The notes under the pieces were generated by a model. It did no database searches. It was not told where the DNA came from and saw only the letters and a program-made list of their open reading frames with translations. From Candidatus Woesearchaeota archaeon (GTDB lineage Archaea; Nanobdellota; Nanobdellia; Woesearchaeales; GW2011-AR9), in assembly GCA_945861715.1 (NCBI GenBank), contig CAMAVK010000002.1:106662-170661 (forward strand): a stretch of DNA of 64,000 nucleotides. Direction: 5' to 3'. A program made the position numbers and the translations under genes. Position 1 is the first letter of the stretch. The number at the start of each line of letters is the position of its first letter. Positions 27,622 through 37,487 of the stretch are shown one piece after another.

Positions 27622-29409
27622 TTACTTTTTAGGTGCATTGAGTTGCATGCTGTCAAAGAGTTCGAAGTCAAGTTGTTTTGTTTGTTCAGCTTCTTGTTTT
27701 GCTTGTGTGAGGTCTTGTTCTATTTCGTCCTTTTGTTCTAAGGCGTTTTCAAATATGGCATATTCAATACTTTGTTTGCCTTTGAGGTGGCTTAAAATTA
27801 AATCCATTTCCCCAATTGAGACTTGGAATAAATTTATTTTTTCGTATAGACGGTTTAAGATGTAGCCTTCAATAGTGTCCTTGATGGCTAGGTTGTGGAT
27901 GATAACGTCATGTTCTTGACCAATTCGGTGTACTCGACCAATGCGTTGTTCGATACGCATGGGATTCCAGGGGAGGTCGTAGTTGATTAAGATATGAGCA
28001 AATTGGAGATTTCGACCTTCGGAGCCTGCATCGGTACAAATTAGGATTTGTTTTGATGTTTTGAAATCCAATATTGCTTTTTCTTTTTCTTCTGGTGTCA
28101 TACTTCCATTGAAGACGATCGTTGAGAAACCTTGTAATTTGAGTTCCATCTCAAGCATTTTTTGAGTATGTAGGAAGGTTGTGAAGATTATTATTTTGTC
28201 TTTTTCTTTTTTTATTAGTTTGAGAAGGTATTCTTTTTTGCTGTCTTTGCTGATTTTCTTGGCTTGGTAGAGGAGGGCGTCACAAAGGGTTATTTTCTTT
28301 TTGTCTTCTAGAGTTTGCTGGTAGCGTTTAATTGCTTCTATTCCAGTTGAGATGCTGCTTGTGAGTTGCCTGGTGAGCATGATGAGTGCGAAAGTGAGGA
28401 GTCCTTTTTGACGATATACTATGGCCATGTTTTTTAGGTCTTCTTCTGATACGTTTTCTATGTCTTCTACTTCTTGACCTTGTTCTTTCTTTTTGACTTG
28501 GTTGTATTCTGTTTTGATGAATGAGATTGCATCTTGATAGAAATCTGATTCTTCTTTTGTGTAGTCTAATAGGTGCGTTTTTACGTCTCGTTTGGCGAAA
28601 TTCAGCCCGGTATTTTTTCGCATATTTCGAATCATGACTTTTGATAATTTTTCTTGGAGAATTTCTTTATTATTTATTTTGAGTCCTTCTTTATCAGCTA
28701 GGAATTCTGATGTGAATTTTGCTTTTGTTCCCATCAGCCCCGGATGAAGAAGATCAAGGAGGGCCCATAATTCGAATATATTATTTTGCAAAGGAGTGGC
28801 CGTGAGCATGAGGCAACGATCTTTGTGGATGGATTTGACGAGTTGGTAATTTTGGGTTTGGCTATTTTTTAGCTTGTGTGCTTCGTCGATCACTAGCAGG
28901 TCCCAGTCTCTTGTCTCGATGATTGCTTTGTATCGCTCGGTTTTTGCAGTATCAATAGAGATGATGATTTTATCATAAGTGGTAATGTCATCAGGATTTG
29001 AAGCGACAATGAAGTGTTCGTCAAACTTAGAGCGGAGTTCTTCTTGCCATTGGTATTTGAGTGTTGCGGGGGTCAAAATGAGGACACTTTTTGCCATACC
29101 TCTTGTGAGATATTCTTTGATGATGATTGCGGTTTCAATGGTTTTACCTAAACCTACTTCGTCCGCAAGTAAGGCGCGGTGGGAGAAGTTGTTTAATACA
29201 TGAAGGGCAGTTTGAACTTGATGAGGTAAAATTTGGATGTTTTTTTCGTATAATGGTTGCGCTAAAAGAGAAGTTATTTTTTCTGATTTGGATAGTTCTT
29301 TTGCAAGAATTGCTAAGATAAATTGTTCTTTTGTTGCTTGATTTTTTGGAGGTATAATTTGCTCTAAAAATGCACTTTTTTGTAACTCAATTTTAATCAT
29401 GTAATTCAC
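27622..29409 (-). CDS. SNF2/RapA-family helicase (YqhH-like)
   Basis: LLADEVGLGKT, DEAH, LTATPLQN, EGRNLQ, YDLPWNPMRIEQRIGRVHRIGQ. Confidence 0.93.
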   Translation of the reverse strand: MNYMIKIELQKSAFLEQIIPPKNQATKEQFILAILAKELSKSEKITSLLAQPLYEKNIQILPHQVQTALHVLNNFSHRALLADEVGLGKTIETAIIIKEYLTRGMAKSVLILTPATLKYQWQEELRSKFDEHFIVASNPDDITTYDKIIISIDTAKTERYKAIIETRDWDLLVIDEAHKLKNSQTQNYQLVKSIHKDRCLMLTATPLQNNIFELWALLDLLHPGLMGTKAKFTSEFLADKEGLKINNKEILQEKLSKVMIRNMRKNTGLNFAKRDVKTHLLDYTKEESDFYQDAISFIKTEYNQVKKKEQGQEVEDIENVSEEDLKNMAIVYRQKGLLTFALIMLTRQLTSSISTGIEAIKRYQQTLEDKKKITLCDALLYQAKKISKDSKKEYLLKLIKKEKDKIIIFTTFLHTQKMLEMELKLQGFSTIVFNGSMTPEEKEKAILDFKTSKQILICTDAGSEGRNLQFAHILINYDLPWNPMRIEQRIGRVHRIGQEHDVIIHNLAIKDTIEGYILNRLYEKINLFQVSIGEMDLILSHLKGKQSIEYAIFENALEQKDEIEQDLTQAKQEAEQTKQLDFELFDSMQLNAPKK

Positions 29410-29656
29410 TCGCTTTGATTTTGGTAATTGTTTTTATTTTGTTTATTATAAGGGTGTTTTTTATGATTGTAAGAGTCAAGATGTTCGATTTTGATTGGTG
29501 TTTTAGAACAGTTGAACAATTAGCTAAAAATAGATACTTAAGGTTATATATTGGTTTTAGATTTATAAATGTATGTGGATTATTTTTTGAAGCATGTTCA
29601 AGAGTTTCTGAAACTTTATAAATAGGTACTATATTAGAATTTCGAGGTATTTTATT

Positions 29657-29962
29657 ATGGTTCATGAATATAGAGGAAAGTCACACGATGAAGTGTTGGG
29701 TCAATATTTGGCTGCTCAAATTACTGGAAAACCAACTGAAATGTATCAAATTACACTTAATGGAGTTGCGGGAGAGAGATTATCTCGTTATGAAGATGCG
29801 TTTAAATCTGCTCTTAGTGCTGCTAAAGTAGAGGTATACATCCCTGGTGTTCAATCTCTTGAGGTATTACTTGTTGTTGATAATACTCAAAGAACACCGG
29901 GACAGGCATCAGGTGCCGCTCCTAAGGTTGCTCGAGGGCGAGAGTTGTCCGATAAATTTTAA
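29657..29962 (+). CDS. Hypothetical protein
   Basis: GAGG RBS, upstream TATA and downstream T-tract. Confidence 0.6.
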   Translation: MVHEYRGKSHDEVLGQYLAAQITGKPTEMYQITLNGVAGERLSRYEDAFKSALSAAKVEVYIPGVQSLEVLLVVDNTQRTPGQASGAAPKVARGRELSDKF

Positions 29963-30024
29963 TTTTTTTTTTTTGATTATGTTTTTTTCTGGTGTGGATG
30001 TGTTAATTATCGGTATTACACTAT

Positions 30025-31605
30025 ATGGCTACGTTTCCACAAGAATTACATGATTTAGTTGCGCTTCACTTAAATCGAGATCGCGCCGTAGATCCTTCTT
30101 TTTATTTGCGTGCAAAGGGTGATACCTTAGTTCGACATTTATATCAAAAAATGGAAGGGGTAGGTTATGGATTTCAAGATAATTTGATCACTGGACAGTA
30201 TGCATTATATGCACCTGAAATGAGGGCGTTGAATGTAAGTGGTTATAATTGTACCACTGTTGTTCCTACCATGTATGTTTATGCGCAGCAACTGGGGCTT
30301 AATCCGCAAATAGTGCAGTTTTTCAATTTTAAAGATTTACGTTCCTATGATGACCCAGAGAGGGAAGATTTGAGTTCGTCACATTTTTCTCTTATTTTGT
30401 CTAAGGATACTAAACGTTATTTATTTGATCCTTTTTATCATGTTGCTGCTCCTATTCTTGAAGAGAGTTCTCATTCGTTCAGGTTAGGCAAGACAAACTC
30501 TACCTCTAAGGTACTGCGGACATTTGAAGAAAAGGTTGAGTATAGTGAAGATGACTTTGCGTCGATGATGTTTCGTTTTAAAGAGGAGGGGACATCTTTA
30601 GATATGCTAATTTGTGGTCAACGATTGTTTAGGAAATGGGAAGTTCATGCGTCTCCTGTATCGGGGATGGTATATTTCAAGGAACCAAATGAAGTTTGCT
30701 TTCGCTTTGAGATACCACAGATGGGTATACGGTCAAAAGTTGTTATGATGCGCCAGATTTATGATCTTGAAAAATCTGCTTGGAATACTTCTGTTGAGTT
30801 GTATCTTGCAAGAGATTGTAATTGGGATTCCATGGTTGATCCTATTTTAGTAGGGGCGTTTACTCCAAAGGAGATGAAGAATCTGCGTCGTTCTTTTTCT
30901 AAAATGGGTAAAGTAGAGCGTTTTCCACGTTATAGTCAGTCTTTTGAAGAACATCCAGATGTGGCTTCTTGTGTGTTGCGTGATGCAACTTTTAGTTTGT
31001 CTAAGCTAGGTAAAGATCAGCTAGAGTTATTGCTTCCTTTGCTTCGAATGAGATATGGATATGAAGAGTGTAATCCATTAATGGAATACTTGTACCCACT
31101 TGAAAAGCGGGCATCATTTTATGTTGATGCCAAAGCGCGTGAGACGTCTATTTTGCGAGATGGGCTTGAGGTAGGCAGAAAAATGAATTTGCATGATGCG
31201 TCTTTGTTGTTACTTGATTCAACAGAACGTCGTAGATTGAGATCAAAGTTATTGCGACTTAAATCCGAGCAGGATATTGTATCTAAGGAAGTAGACTCAT
31301 ATGTATTGTACAAAGGTAAGAATTTGTTGTATCATCGCACGATGGATAAAGTATTATTTGCTCAGGAACATGCTCAAGACGTGAACAATCTTGTTCTTGA
31401 TGAGAAAAAACTTGCAATGGCTTATGGCGCAACAGTTGCTGATTTTATTCCGTACATTCATTCTTTGCGGGATTATTTGTCCTTTAGCGCATATAGAGAA
31501 ATGTTTGAGAGAAAAATTATTACTCGGGCGTTAGTGGGTGGATTTAAAGGTTTACTTGAAAGCAAGGATGGTATTTCGGTTCTAGGAGGAACAATTTTTA
31601 AATAG
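30025..31605 (+). CDS. Hypothetical protein with N-terminal transglutaminase/NAT-like Cys-His-Asp domain
   Basis: Triad spacing 'YNCTT', 'SHFSLIL', 'YLFDPF'. Confidence 0.55.
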   Translation: MATFPQELHDLVALHLNRDRAVDPSFYLRAKGDTLVRHLYQKMEGVGYGFQDNLITGQYALYAPEMRALNVSGYNCTTVVPTMYVYAQQLGLNPQIVQFFNFKDLRSYDDPEREDLSSSHFSLILSKDTKRYLFDPFYHVAAPILEESSHSFRLGKTNSTSKVLRTFEEKVEYSEDDFASMMFRFKEEGTSLDMLICGQRLFRKWEVHASPVSGMVYFKEPNEVCFRFEIPQMGIRSKVVMMRQIYDLEKSAWNTSVELYLARDCNWDSMVDPILVGAFTPKEMKNLRRSFSKMGKVERFPRYSQSFEEHPDVASCVLRDATFSLSKLGKDQLELLLPLLRMRYGYEECNPLMEYLYPLEKRASFYVDAKARETSILRDGLEVGRKMNLHDASLLLLDSTERRRLRSKLLRLKSEQDIVSKEVDSYVLYKGKNLLYHRTMDKVLFAQEHAQDVNNLVLDEKKLAMAYGATVADFIPYIHSLRDYLSFSAYREMFERKIITRALVGGFKGLLESKDGISVLGGTIFK

Positions 31606-31626
31606 GTCCCTTTTTGATAATTTAGT

Positions 31627-31757
31627 GCCCTCGTAGTCTAGCCTGGATAGAACATGAGCTTGCGGTATTTTCATGTAAATAGCTTAGAACCGGAGTTCGA
31701 ATCTATTGCGGCTTGCCGAAATGGCGAGAACGTGTAGTGATCTTCTCCGCGAGGGCG
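31627..31757 (+). tRNA. tRNA-Arg(GCG) with two introns (37/38 at 31666-31680; 59/60 at 31702-31743)
   Basis: Acceptor GCCCTCG/CGAGGGC+G, anticodon arm TGAGC-TTGCGG^A-GCTTA, T arm CGGAG-TTCGAA^T-CTCCG. BHB motifs at both introns, upstream TTTTAAA and downstream T-run. Confidence 0.9.
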
Positions 31758-31784
31758 CTTTTTTTTCTTTCAGTTTAGGTTATT

Positions 31785-32822
31785 TTAGATGTTATATCTG
31801 TTTCTGGCAGAATTGATGACTTCACCAATTAGTTTTTCATATGTCCAACCTGCGGCATAGGCGGCACGAGGTAGTCTTGAATTATGAAGTGGGTCTTTTA
31901 CAAATCCTGGTAGTGCGTTAATATCTAGCACATTTGGGATGTCATTTGCGTCAAGGCGGAAATCCATTCTTGCCCAGTCTCGGCAATCAAATGCGAGATA
32001 TGTTTGTCGTGCTAGAGTACCTATATGGATTCTTAGATTTTCGGAAATTTTTGCAGGACAAACAAGTGGATCATGTCCGCCTGCTGGATTGTCATATTTC
32101 CACTTTACTTCTTTGGATTCGAAATGGTGAATCCCTTTTGGAAGATGGTCAAAGGTGATTTCTACAATTGGAAGAACGAATGGATTCTTGTAACCTATTA
32201 ATCCAACTGTGAATTCTCGACCAGGCATGAATTCTTCAGCTATAGCAGGTTGATTATGTTGAGTTAGAACGCGATTTACTACACGTATCAGATCTTGCTG
32301 GTTATCTACAAGACTATCGTTGTAGATTCCAATTGATGATCCTTCTAAGGTTGGTTTTACTATTATTGGGTATTTGACAAGGTTGATCTTTTGGTTTGTG
32401 ACATCAAGTACTTGCTCAATTGTAGTTGTGAAGATTTGTGAACGTGGTGTTGGTATGCCGTAGTTTTGAAGAATTTGTTTGGTTCTTGCTTTGTCAAGAG
32501 TGTTAATGCAAGTTCGGGGTGAAGCGGCCGTGTAGGGTATATGGAGTCTTTCGCAGATATCGGGTACTAAGGCTTCGCGGTTTATACCTTCCATTCCTTC
32601 GGCTACGTTGAAAATTAAATCAATTCTATCTCTTCTAGATTGTAGATACTGTTCGGTGGTATCTATATTTTTGACATCTATGATAGAAACGTTGTGGTTA
32701 TTTGCTTTGATTGCGTCTGCTAAATCCATAATTGCTTCAGGTGAGTCATGTTCGGCGTATTTTTCTTCTTCTCCTGCGGAAATGTTTTGTGGTTTGATGC
32801 TACACGTTATTGCGATATTCAT
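31785..32822 (-). CDS. ATP-grasp ligase, D-Ala-D-Ala ligase-like
   Basis: FNVAEG, LDKARTK, VKPTLEGSSIGI, EEFMPGREFTVG, RMDFRLD and DINALPG motifs. Confidence 0.88.
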   Translation of the reverse strand: MNIAITCSIKPQNISAGEEEKYAEHDSPEAIMDLADAIKANNHNVSIIDVKNIDTTEQYLQSRRDRIDLIFNVAEGMEGINREALVPDICERLHIPYTAASPRTCINTLDKARTKQILQNYGIPTPRSQIFTTTIEQVLDVTNQKINLVKYPIIVKPTLEGSSIGIYNDSLVDNQQDLIRVVNRVLTQHNQPAIAEEFMPGREFTVGLIGYKNPFVLPIVEITFDHLPKGIHHFESKEVKWKYDNPAGGHDPLVCPAKISENLRIHIGTLARQTYLAFDCRDWARMDFRLDANDIPNVLDINALPGFVKDPLHNSRLPRAAYAAGWTYEKLIGEVINSARNRYNI

Positions 32823-32928
32823 AGAATTTTTTATTGGGCTGTTTTTTTAAACTTTTTGAATATTTTTGCTGATTATTTGTTGAATAGAAATTTCTGGAAA
32901 GAAATTTGTGGTTATGATTTTGGGAAGG

Positions 32929-33729
32929 TTATGGTTTTTTGATTTGAGCGCCACCAGAAGGTACAAATGGCATGATTTCGTCGATATCTCCACCTGCTAA
33001 TTTTTGTTTTATTTTTTTGCAGGTATCACTTTTTTTCTCGTCGCCAGGGGTTAGGGTGATATAGTTTTTTGTTTTGAGTTCCATTGCAGTTTTTGGTGCT
33101 CCAATTATTATAGGTATTTGGTCATCTGTTGCTTGCAATAATCCGATGCAATATTCGAGTTTGATTCTGATATATTCTCGCTTTCCGTAAATCATGAAAG
33201 CCCCTTTGCTCATGTATTCTCCTGCTTTTGCTTCTTTTGTTACTTGGTCTGATTTTACATAGAATACTTCAGTTGAGGCGTGGCCTTGTTTCCATGCTTT
33301 TGAATATACTGCGACGGCTTGTGCTGTTTCTTGGATGGTTGCGTCTGTTGCCTTTATTCCGTTTTTGATTATGAAAAAGGGCGAACCTGAGGCGTCTGTG
33401 TGAAAAACGAGGTCATCGTTTTCAAGGTGTTTTTTGATGACTATCTCGTTGGATGTTGCATCACGTCCGCCGATACACAGAAATCCTTCGGAGGACTCGA
33501 ACCAATGAAATTTTTCAAACCATTCTTTTGGCCGGATTATTTTTGATGTTTTGATATGTTCTTCTTCTCGGAATTCTGCTTCTTGTGTTAGAAGGAGTTT
33601 TAGTTTTTTTTTAGCGTCTACAACGGTTTCAAGAGCTCCAATACGTTTCTTTTTTTGTTTTTTAGCTAGGTCGAAGTATTTCCCGGCGTTTTCATCTACT
33701 GATTTTGTGAGGTCAAATTCGATTAGCAT
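32929..33729 (-). CDS. NFACT RNA-binding domain protein (short Rqc2/FbpA-like)
   Basis: 'ENAGKYFDLAKKQKKK', 'WFEKFHWF.SSEGFLCIGGRDATSNE', 'GEYMSKGAFMIYGKR'; lacks the N-terminal NFACT-N/HhH part. Confidence 0.88.
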   Translation of the reverse strand: MLIEFDLTKSVDENAGKYFDLAKKQKKKRIGALETVVDAKKKLKLLLTQEAEFREEEHIKTSKIIRPKEWFEKFHWFESSEGFLCIGGRDATSNEIVIKKHLENDDLVFHTDASGSPFFIIKNGIKATDATIQETAQAVAVYSKAWKQGHASTEVFYVKSDQVTKEAKAGEYMSKGAFMIYGKREYIRIKLEYCIGLLQATDDQIPIIIGAPKTAMELKTKNYITLTPGDEKKSDTCKKIKQKLAGGDIDEIMPFVPSGGAQIKKP

Positions 33730-33853
33730 GATTGTATGGTTGGCGGGAGAGGTATTTATAAGTTACTTCTATTCCTTACGTTTAGTTGTTTTTTGGTTCA
33801 TTTTCGTTTTCACTTCTCACAATATTTATATACCTACTTTCTCTAGTTATTGT

Positions 33854-34468
33854 ATGCCTTCATTTGAAATAAAAAGGGATGTTGATATAGAAGCGGCAGC
33901 TATTAAGCTCAAATACAAGGATGTTTTAGATTTTGGTGAGTTTTATACCGCGATTTATTATTGGATGATGCAGCATGGATGGCGTGATGAGGATACTGGT
34001 GATGAGTTTTGGGAGCCTTATTATGGTGAAAAAGTAAGTCAATCTGGTTCTAAAGAAATATGGTCCCGGTGGCGTGTGTTTCGCAACGCGGATGATGGTC
34101 AGTTTTTTAAGTTTTATTTGGATATGGATATTCATTGTATTGGTTTGTCTCCTATTGAGATTGTGAAAGATGGACGAAAAATAAAAGCGATGAAGGGTGA
34201 AGTGGAGATATCTATTCGAGGTTACGTTCATCAAAAATTTGTTGGTGAGTTTGCAAAGAATGATATTTTAAAACATTTTTCTTCGTTGTTTACAAAGAAA
34301 ATTTACAAAGCAACTATTGATGCTCGTACAAAACAAATGTATCATGAAGTGTATGAATTTCAACATTTCTTGAAACAATGGTTGAAATTGAAGCGATCAA
34401 GTCCGTATGGCGAGACGCGTCAGTTCCATCCTACATATGCGTATCCTTCATTTGGTAAGGATGAATAA
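33854..34468 (+). CDS. Conserved hypothetical protein (paralog of 62708-63232)
   Basis: ATG at 33854 follows a TTTATATA box; colinear similarity to the 62708 ORF. Confidence 0.75.
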   Translation: MPSFEIKRDVDIEAAAIKLKYKDVLDFGEFYTAIYYWMMQHGWRDEDTGDEFWEPYYGEKVSQSGSKEIWSRWRVFRNADDGQFFKFYLDMDIHCIGLSPIEIVKDGRKIKAMKGEVEISIRGYVHQKFVGEFAKNDILKHFSSLFTKKIYKATIDARTKQMYHEVYEFQHFLKQWLKLKRSSPYGETRQFHPTYAYPSFGKDE

Positions 34469-34578
34469 AGTGTTTAATTTTTCTTTAGATTTGATATTAT
34501 TTTTTGATGTATTGATTTGACTTTGTTCGACGATGGTAATTAGACCTATTAAATGATAGATAGAAATGATTATTCTTG

Positions 34579-35004
34579 CTATTTTTTGTTGTATCTGAAA
34601 GAATGTACTTTTCGTTTTACTTTGTTTTTTGTCTCAGTAACTTTTGTGCGAAATTTGGCATTGGTGTCTTTAATTTTTCCCTTTAATTTTGTTTGTGTTT
34701 CTTTTACATGTACTCTCATATTATGTGATTTTGCATATGCAATGCCCGCTTGTTTTTGTACAGCATTTTTGTAGTATGTTGGTGAAGAAAATCTGCGCAT
34801 TTTTTCAACGTATTCTTGCCCTGACCAATATGCTCCTAAAATTAAAATTGGCCAACTTACAAGGTATAATATTAAGGAGAGGTATCGGATGAATGTATCG
34901 TCCCAAAATGTTACCATTAATATTGTTGTTATTTTCCCCATTATGAGACTTAAAGTTACAAGAACAATTCCAATATAGAATCTCGCTGAATATTGAAGGG
35001 GCAT
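34579..35004 (-). CDS. Hypothetical membrane protein
   Basis: Two TM helices and a basic C-terminus. Confidence 0.6.
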   Translation of the reverse strand: MPLQYSARFYIGIVLVTLSLIMGKITTILMVTFWDDTFIRYLSLILYLVSWPILILGAYWSGQEYVEKMRRFSSPTYYKNAVQKQAGIAYAKSHNMRVHVKETQTKLKGKIKDTNAKFRTKVTETKNKVKRKVHSFRYNKK

Positions 35005-35079
35005 AGAGTATCTATGTTGAATCGAGTATTTAACTTCTTTGGAGAAATTTATTTAATATTCATTAATAGAAGTAACTGA

Positions 35080-35367
35080 TTACAATAGATCTTTGACAGA
35101 GATATTGCCTGTTGTAACTTTATCTGTTTTGGAACAATAAGGACATAGGTTTGTTCGAGATTTGAATTTATAATTGCACCTTTCACAGTATAAATCGATT
35201 TTTTCGCCACTTCGATCGACGTGTTTTACAGTATTATTTTTATTTTTGTAGCAATTGAAACATTCATATTGTTTTTCAGTTCCGTTTGAGCCTACAAAGA
35301 GTGTTTGAGAACGTTCTACATTTCGTTGGCATCTGCAACAGGTAACCTGTGCTCGTAAGACTGGCAT
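35080..35367 (-). CDS. Double zinc-ribbon protein
   Basis: CCRC..CFNC and CERCNYKF..CPYC; start MPVL after a TTTAAA box. Confidence 0.75.
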   Translation of the reverse strand: MPVLRAQVTCCRCQRNVERSQTLFVGSNGTEKQYECFNCYKNKNNTVKHVDRSGEKIDLYCERCNYKFKSRTNLCPYCSKTDKVTTGNISVKDLL

Positions 35368-35532
35368 GTGGTTTTTGAGTGACTTGAGATTTAAATAGAT
35401 ATCGCATATGCAATGGTTATTATGGGAGGGAGATGGTGAGAAGTGCAAATCATGGTTTATAGTGGGTTACTTTTGGGGTATAGATGCTTTTTGTTGGTAA
35501 CATTAATATAGCAATTGTTGTGTTGGAGTGCT

Positions 35533-36807
35533 ATGGTACTTGGGACTGCTGCTCTATTTCGAGATATTTTGTCTAATATTAAACCTACTACTATTCAAAA
35601 ATCTGAATTTTCTCGCATTAGTACTCTTTTTATTTCAAAATTGCAAAAGCACGCTGGTGGGGATGCAACGGTCATCATTGGTGGTTCTGGAGCTAAAGAT
35701 ACATGGCTTGCTATGAGTTATGATGCAGATATTTTTGTGGTGTTTAATAAGGACAAATACGCTGCTAAAACCAATGAGTTGTCTGAAATTGTTGAGAAAT
35801 GGATGAAAAAGGCATTTTCTGGGTTTGATGTTGAGCGTATACACGGTAGTAGGGATTATTTTGCGGTGATGTTTGAAGGAATACGATTTGAAGTGGTTCC
35901 CATTATTGGGATTGCATCGGCTGCGGAAGCTCTTAACATTACTGATATTTCTCCGTTACATAGTATTTGGGTTGCTAAGAAAGGTAGAGATCTAACAGAT
36001 GAGATTCGCCTTGCCAAACAATTTTGTCGCGCTCAAGGTGTGTATGGTGCGGAGTCACATATTCGGGGGTTTTCAGGTTATATCCTTGAGATTTTAGTTA
36101 TTCATTATGGTGGGTTTGAGAAGTTTATTGCGGCTGCTGCGAAATGGAAAATGCCAGTTATATGTGATGTTGAAGGTTATTATCCTAAAAAAACAGTTTT
36201 TTTTGAGTTGAATAAGTCGAAGTTACAGTCACCTTTAGTGGTGGTTGATCCTGTTGATAAATCACGAAATGCGTCGGCTGCGTTGTCAGATGAGAAGTTT
36301 TTCACGTTAATACAAGGGGCGAAGAAGTGGTTAAAAACACATGATAGTCATATGTTTGATCAGAATCCGGTTACAGTGGAATCTTTGAAAAAAGAACATA
36401 AAAAAGATGTATTACTCGCAATTGAAGTTGTGATGCTCTCAGGAAAGGATGATGTTGTTGGAGTGAAAATTCTTAAGGCTCAGGAGCATATGGAGAGAGC
36501 ATTGAAACATTTTGATGTTCACGCAAAGGGTTGTGTTTTTGAAGGCAGAAAAGCGATTATTTGGTTTGTTCTTGGTGTTATGAAGTTGCCAGAGAGTTTT
36601 GAACAAGTTGGACCTCCTGTTGATAAAGTTAAATTTGCAAGTGATTTTAAAGATCAACATGCTGGTGCGTTTGAGAAAGGGGGGATATTATATGCGCGCG
36701 TTGACCATACAGTGCGTGATTTGAGTGATTTTATTTCGCGGGTTTTAGCTCATAAATACGTAGTTGAGCGAATTTCTAAGGTTGAAAAAGTGCATATTTT
36801 GAAGTGA
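35533..36807 (+). CDS. cca: CCA-adding tRNA nucleotidyltransferase (archaeal class I)
   Basis: GGSGAKDTWL..DADIF, TDISPLH, GVYGAESHIRGFSGY..E, DPVDKSRNASAA; both tRNAs in the window lack encoded CCA. Confidence 0.93.
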   Translation: MVLGTAALFRDILSNIKPTTIQKSEFSRISTLFISKLQKHAGGDATVIIGGSGAKDTWLAMSYDADIFVVFNKDKYAAKTNELSEIVEKWMKKAFSGFDVERIHGSRDYFAVMFEGIRFEVVPIIGIASAAEALNITDISPLHSIWVAKKGRDLTDEIRLAKQFCRAQGVYGAESHIRGFSGYILEILVIHYGGFEKFIAAAAKWKMPVICDVEGYYPKKTVFFELNKSKLQSPLVVVDPVDKSRNASAALSDEKFFTLIQGAKKWLKTHDSHMFDQNPVTVESLKKEHKKDVLLAIEVVMLSGKDDVVGVKILKAQEHMERALKHFDVHAKGCVFEGRKAIIWFVLGVMKLPESFEQVGPPVDKVKFASDFKDQHAGAFEKGGILYARVDHTVRDLSDFISRVLAHKYVVERISKVEKVHILK

Positions 36808-37031
36808 ATAGCTTGATTGGTTTATGTGAGTTATTGTGTACTTTTTCTATGAAAGTGTTTTTATTATTGTCCTTGTTGAAATAACGAAAAACCGTTCATT
36901 CGGGGTCGACCACGGACTTTATTTTTCAAATTTACCACTAAATCTACCTTTAAATTCACTTCTAAATTCACCTCAGTATTATCCTTCTCAATACACAAAT
37001 CTATTTAAACTAACATTCCCCCTTCATTATC

Positions 37032-37349
37032 ATGATACCTTACACCTTTTTTATGGATTTAGCCGGAAAAGACCGCATCCTCACCGGTGGTTACCACGGC
37101 AAGAACAACCTCCATTTGGAAGCCAGAATAATGAGAGATGTATCTCCTAGTGAATTGGAAGTAGCAGTATCACTTGATGAAGGAGACGTATTTAGTCATA
37201 CCTATGATTCACGTACTCATTCTTTAGATATACTCTACAATAATGATCAACCAGACATTGCTCGGATTGCAGTATTAACTATGGTGGATTTCAAAGTACC
37301 TAGTACGATTCAATCAATTAACATCTACGACAAAGACCAAACAAGATAG
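37032..37349 (+). CDS. Hypothetical protein in a skew-reversed cassette
   Basis: 105-aa ORF after a TTTAAA box, with C/A-ending codons unlike neighbouring + strand genes. Confidence 0.6.
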   Translation: MIPYTFFMDLAGKDRILTGGYHGKNNLHLEARIMRDVSPSELEVAVSLDEGDVFSHTYDSRTHSLDILYNNDQPDIARIAVLTMVDFKVPSTIQSINIYDKDQTR

Positions 37350-37353
37350 TTTT

Positions 37354-37487
37354 ATTACTCGCTGGGTCTAATACTCCGTTGCTTGCAACGGAGCGAGTAA
37401 TTTATAAATGAACTTCGTCCGTGGTTTTAGACCAACAAAAGAAAGCTTTGCTTTCTGTGCAGACAGTGAAACGACCCTGTCTTGCAC
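37354..37487. repeat. Cluster of REP/IS200-IS605-end-like hairpins
   Basis: Perfect stem CTCCGTTGC-TT-GCAACGGAG (37374-37393) nested in ATTACTCGCT/AGCGAGTAAT; further stems AGAAAGC/GCTTTCT and GTGCAGACAG/CTGTCTTGCAC. Confidence 0.6.

Noticed and set aside
29393-29665. ORFs 29393-29665(-) and 29415-29621(+)
   Set aside because: AT-rich divergent promoter region with TATA boxes; the translations are low-complexity and lack support.
26563-32822. tRNA-Arg-anchored integrated element
   Set aside because: No integrase and no duplicated tRNA 3' end (att site) found by eye.
33551-33853. N-terminal 101-aa extension of the 305-aa ORF
   Set aside because: It overlaps the NFACT gene antisense; TATA position and paralog alignment support a start at 33854.
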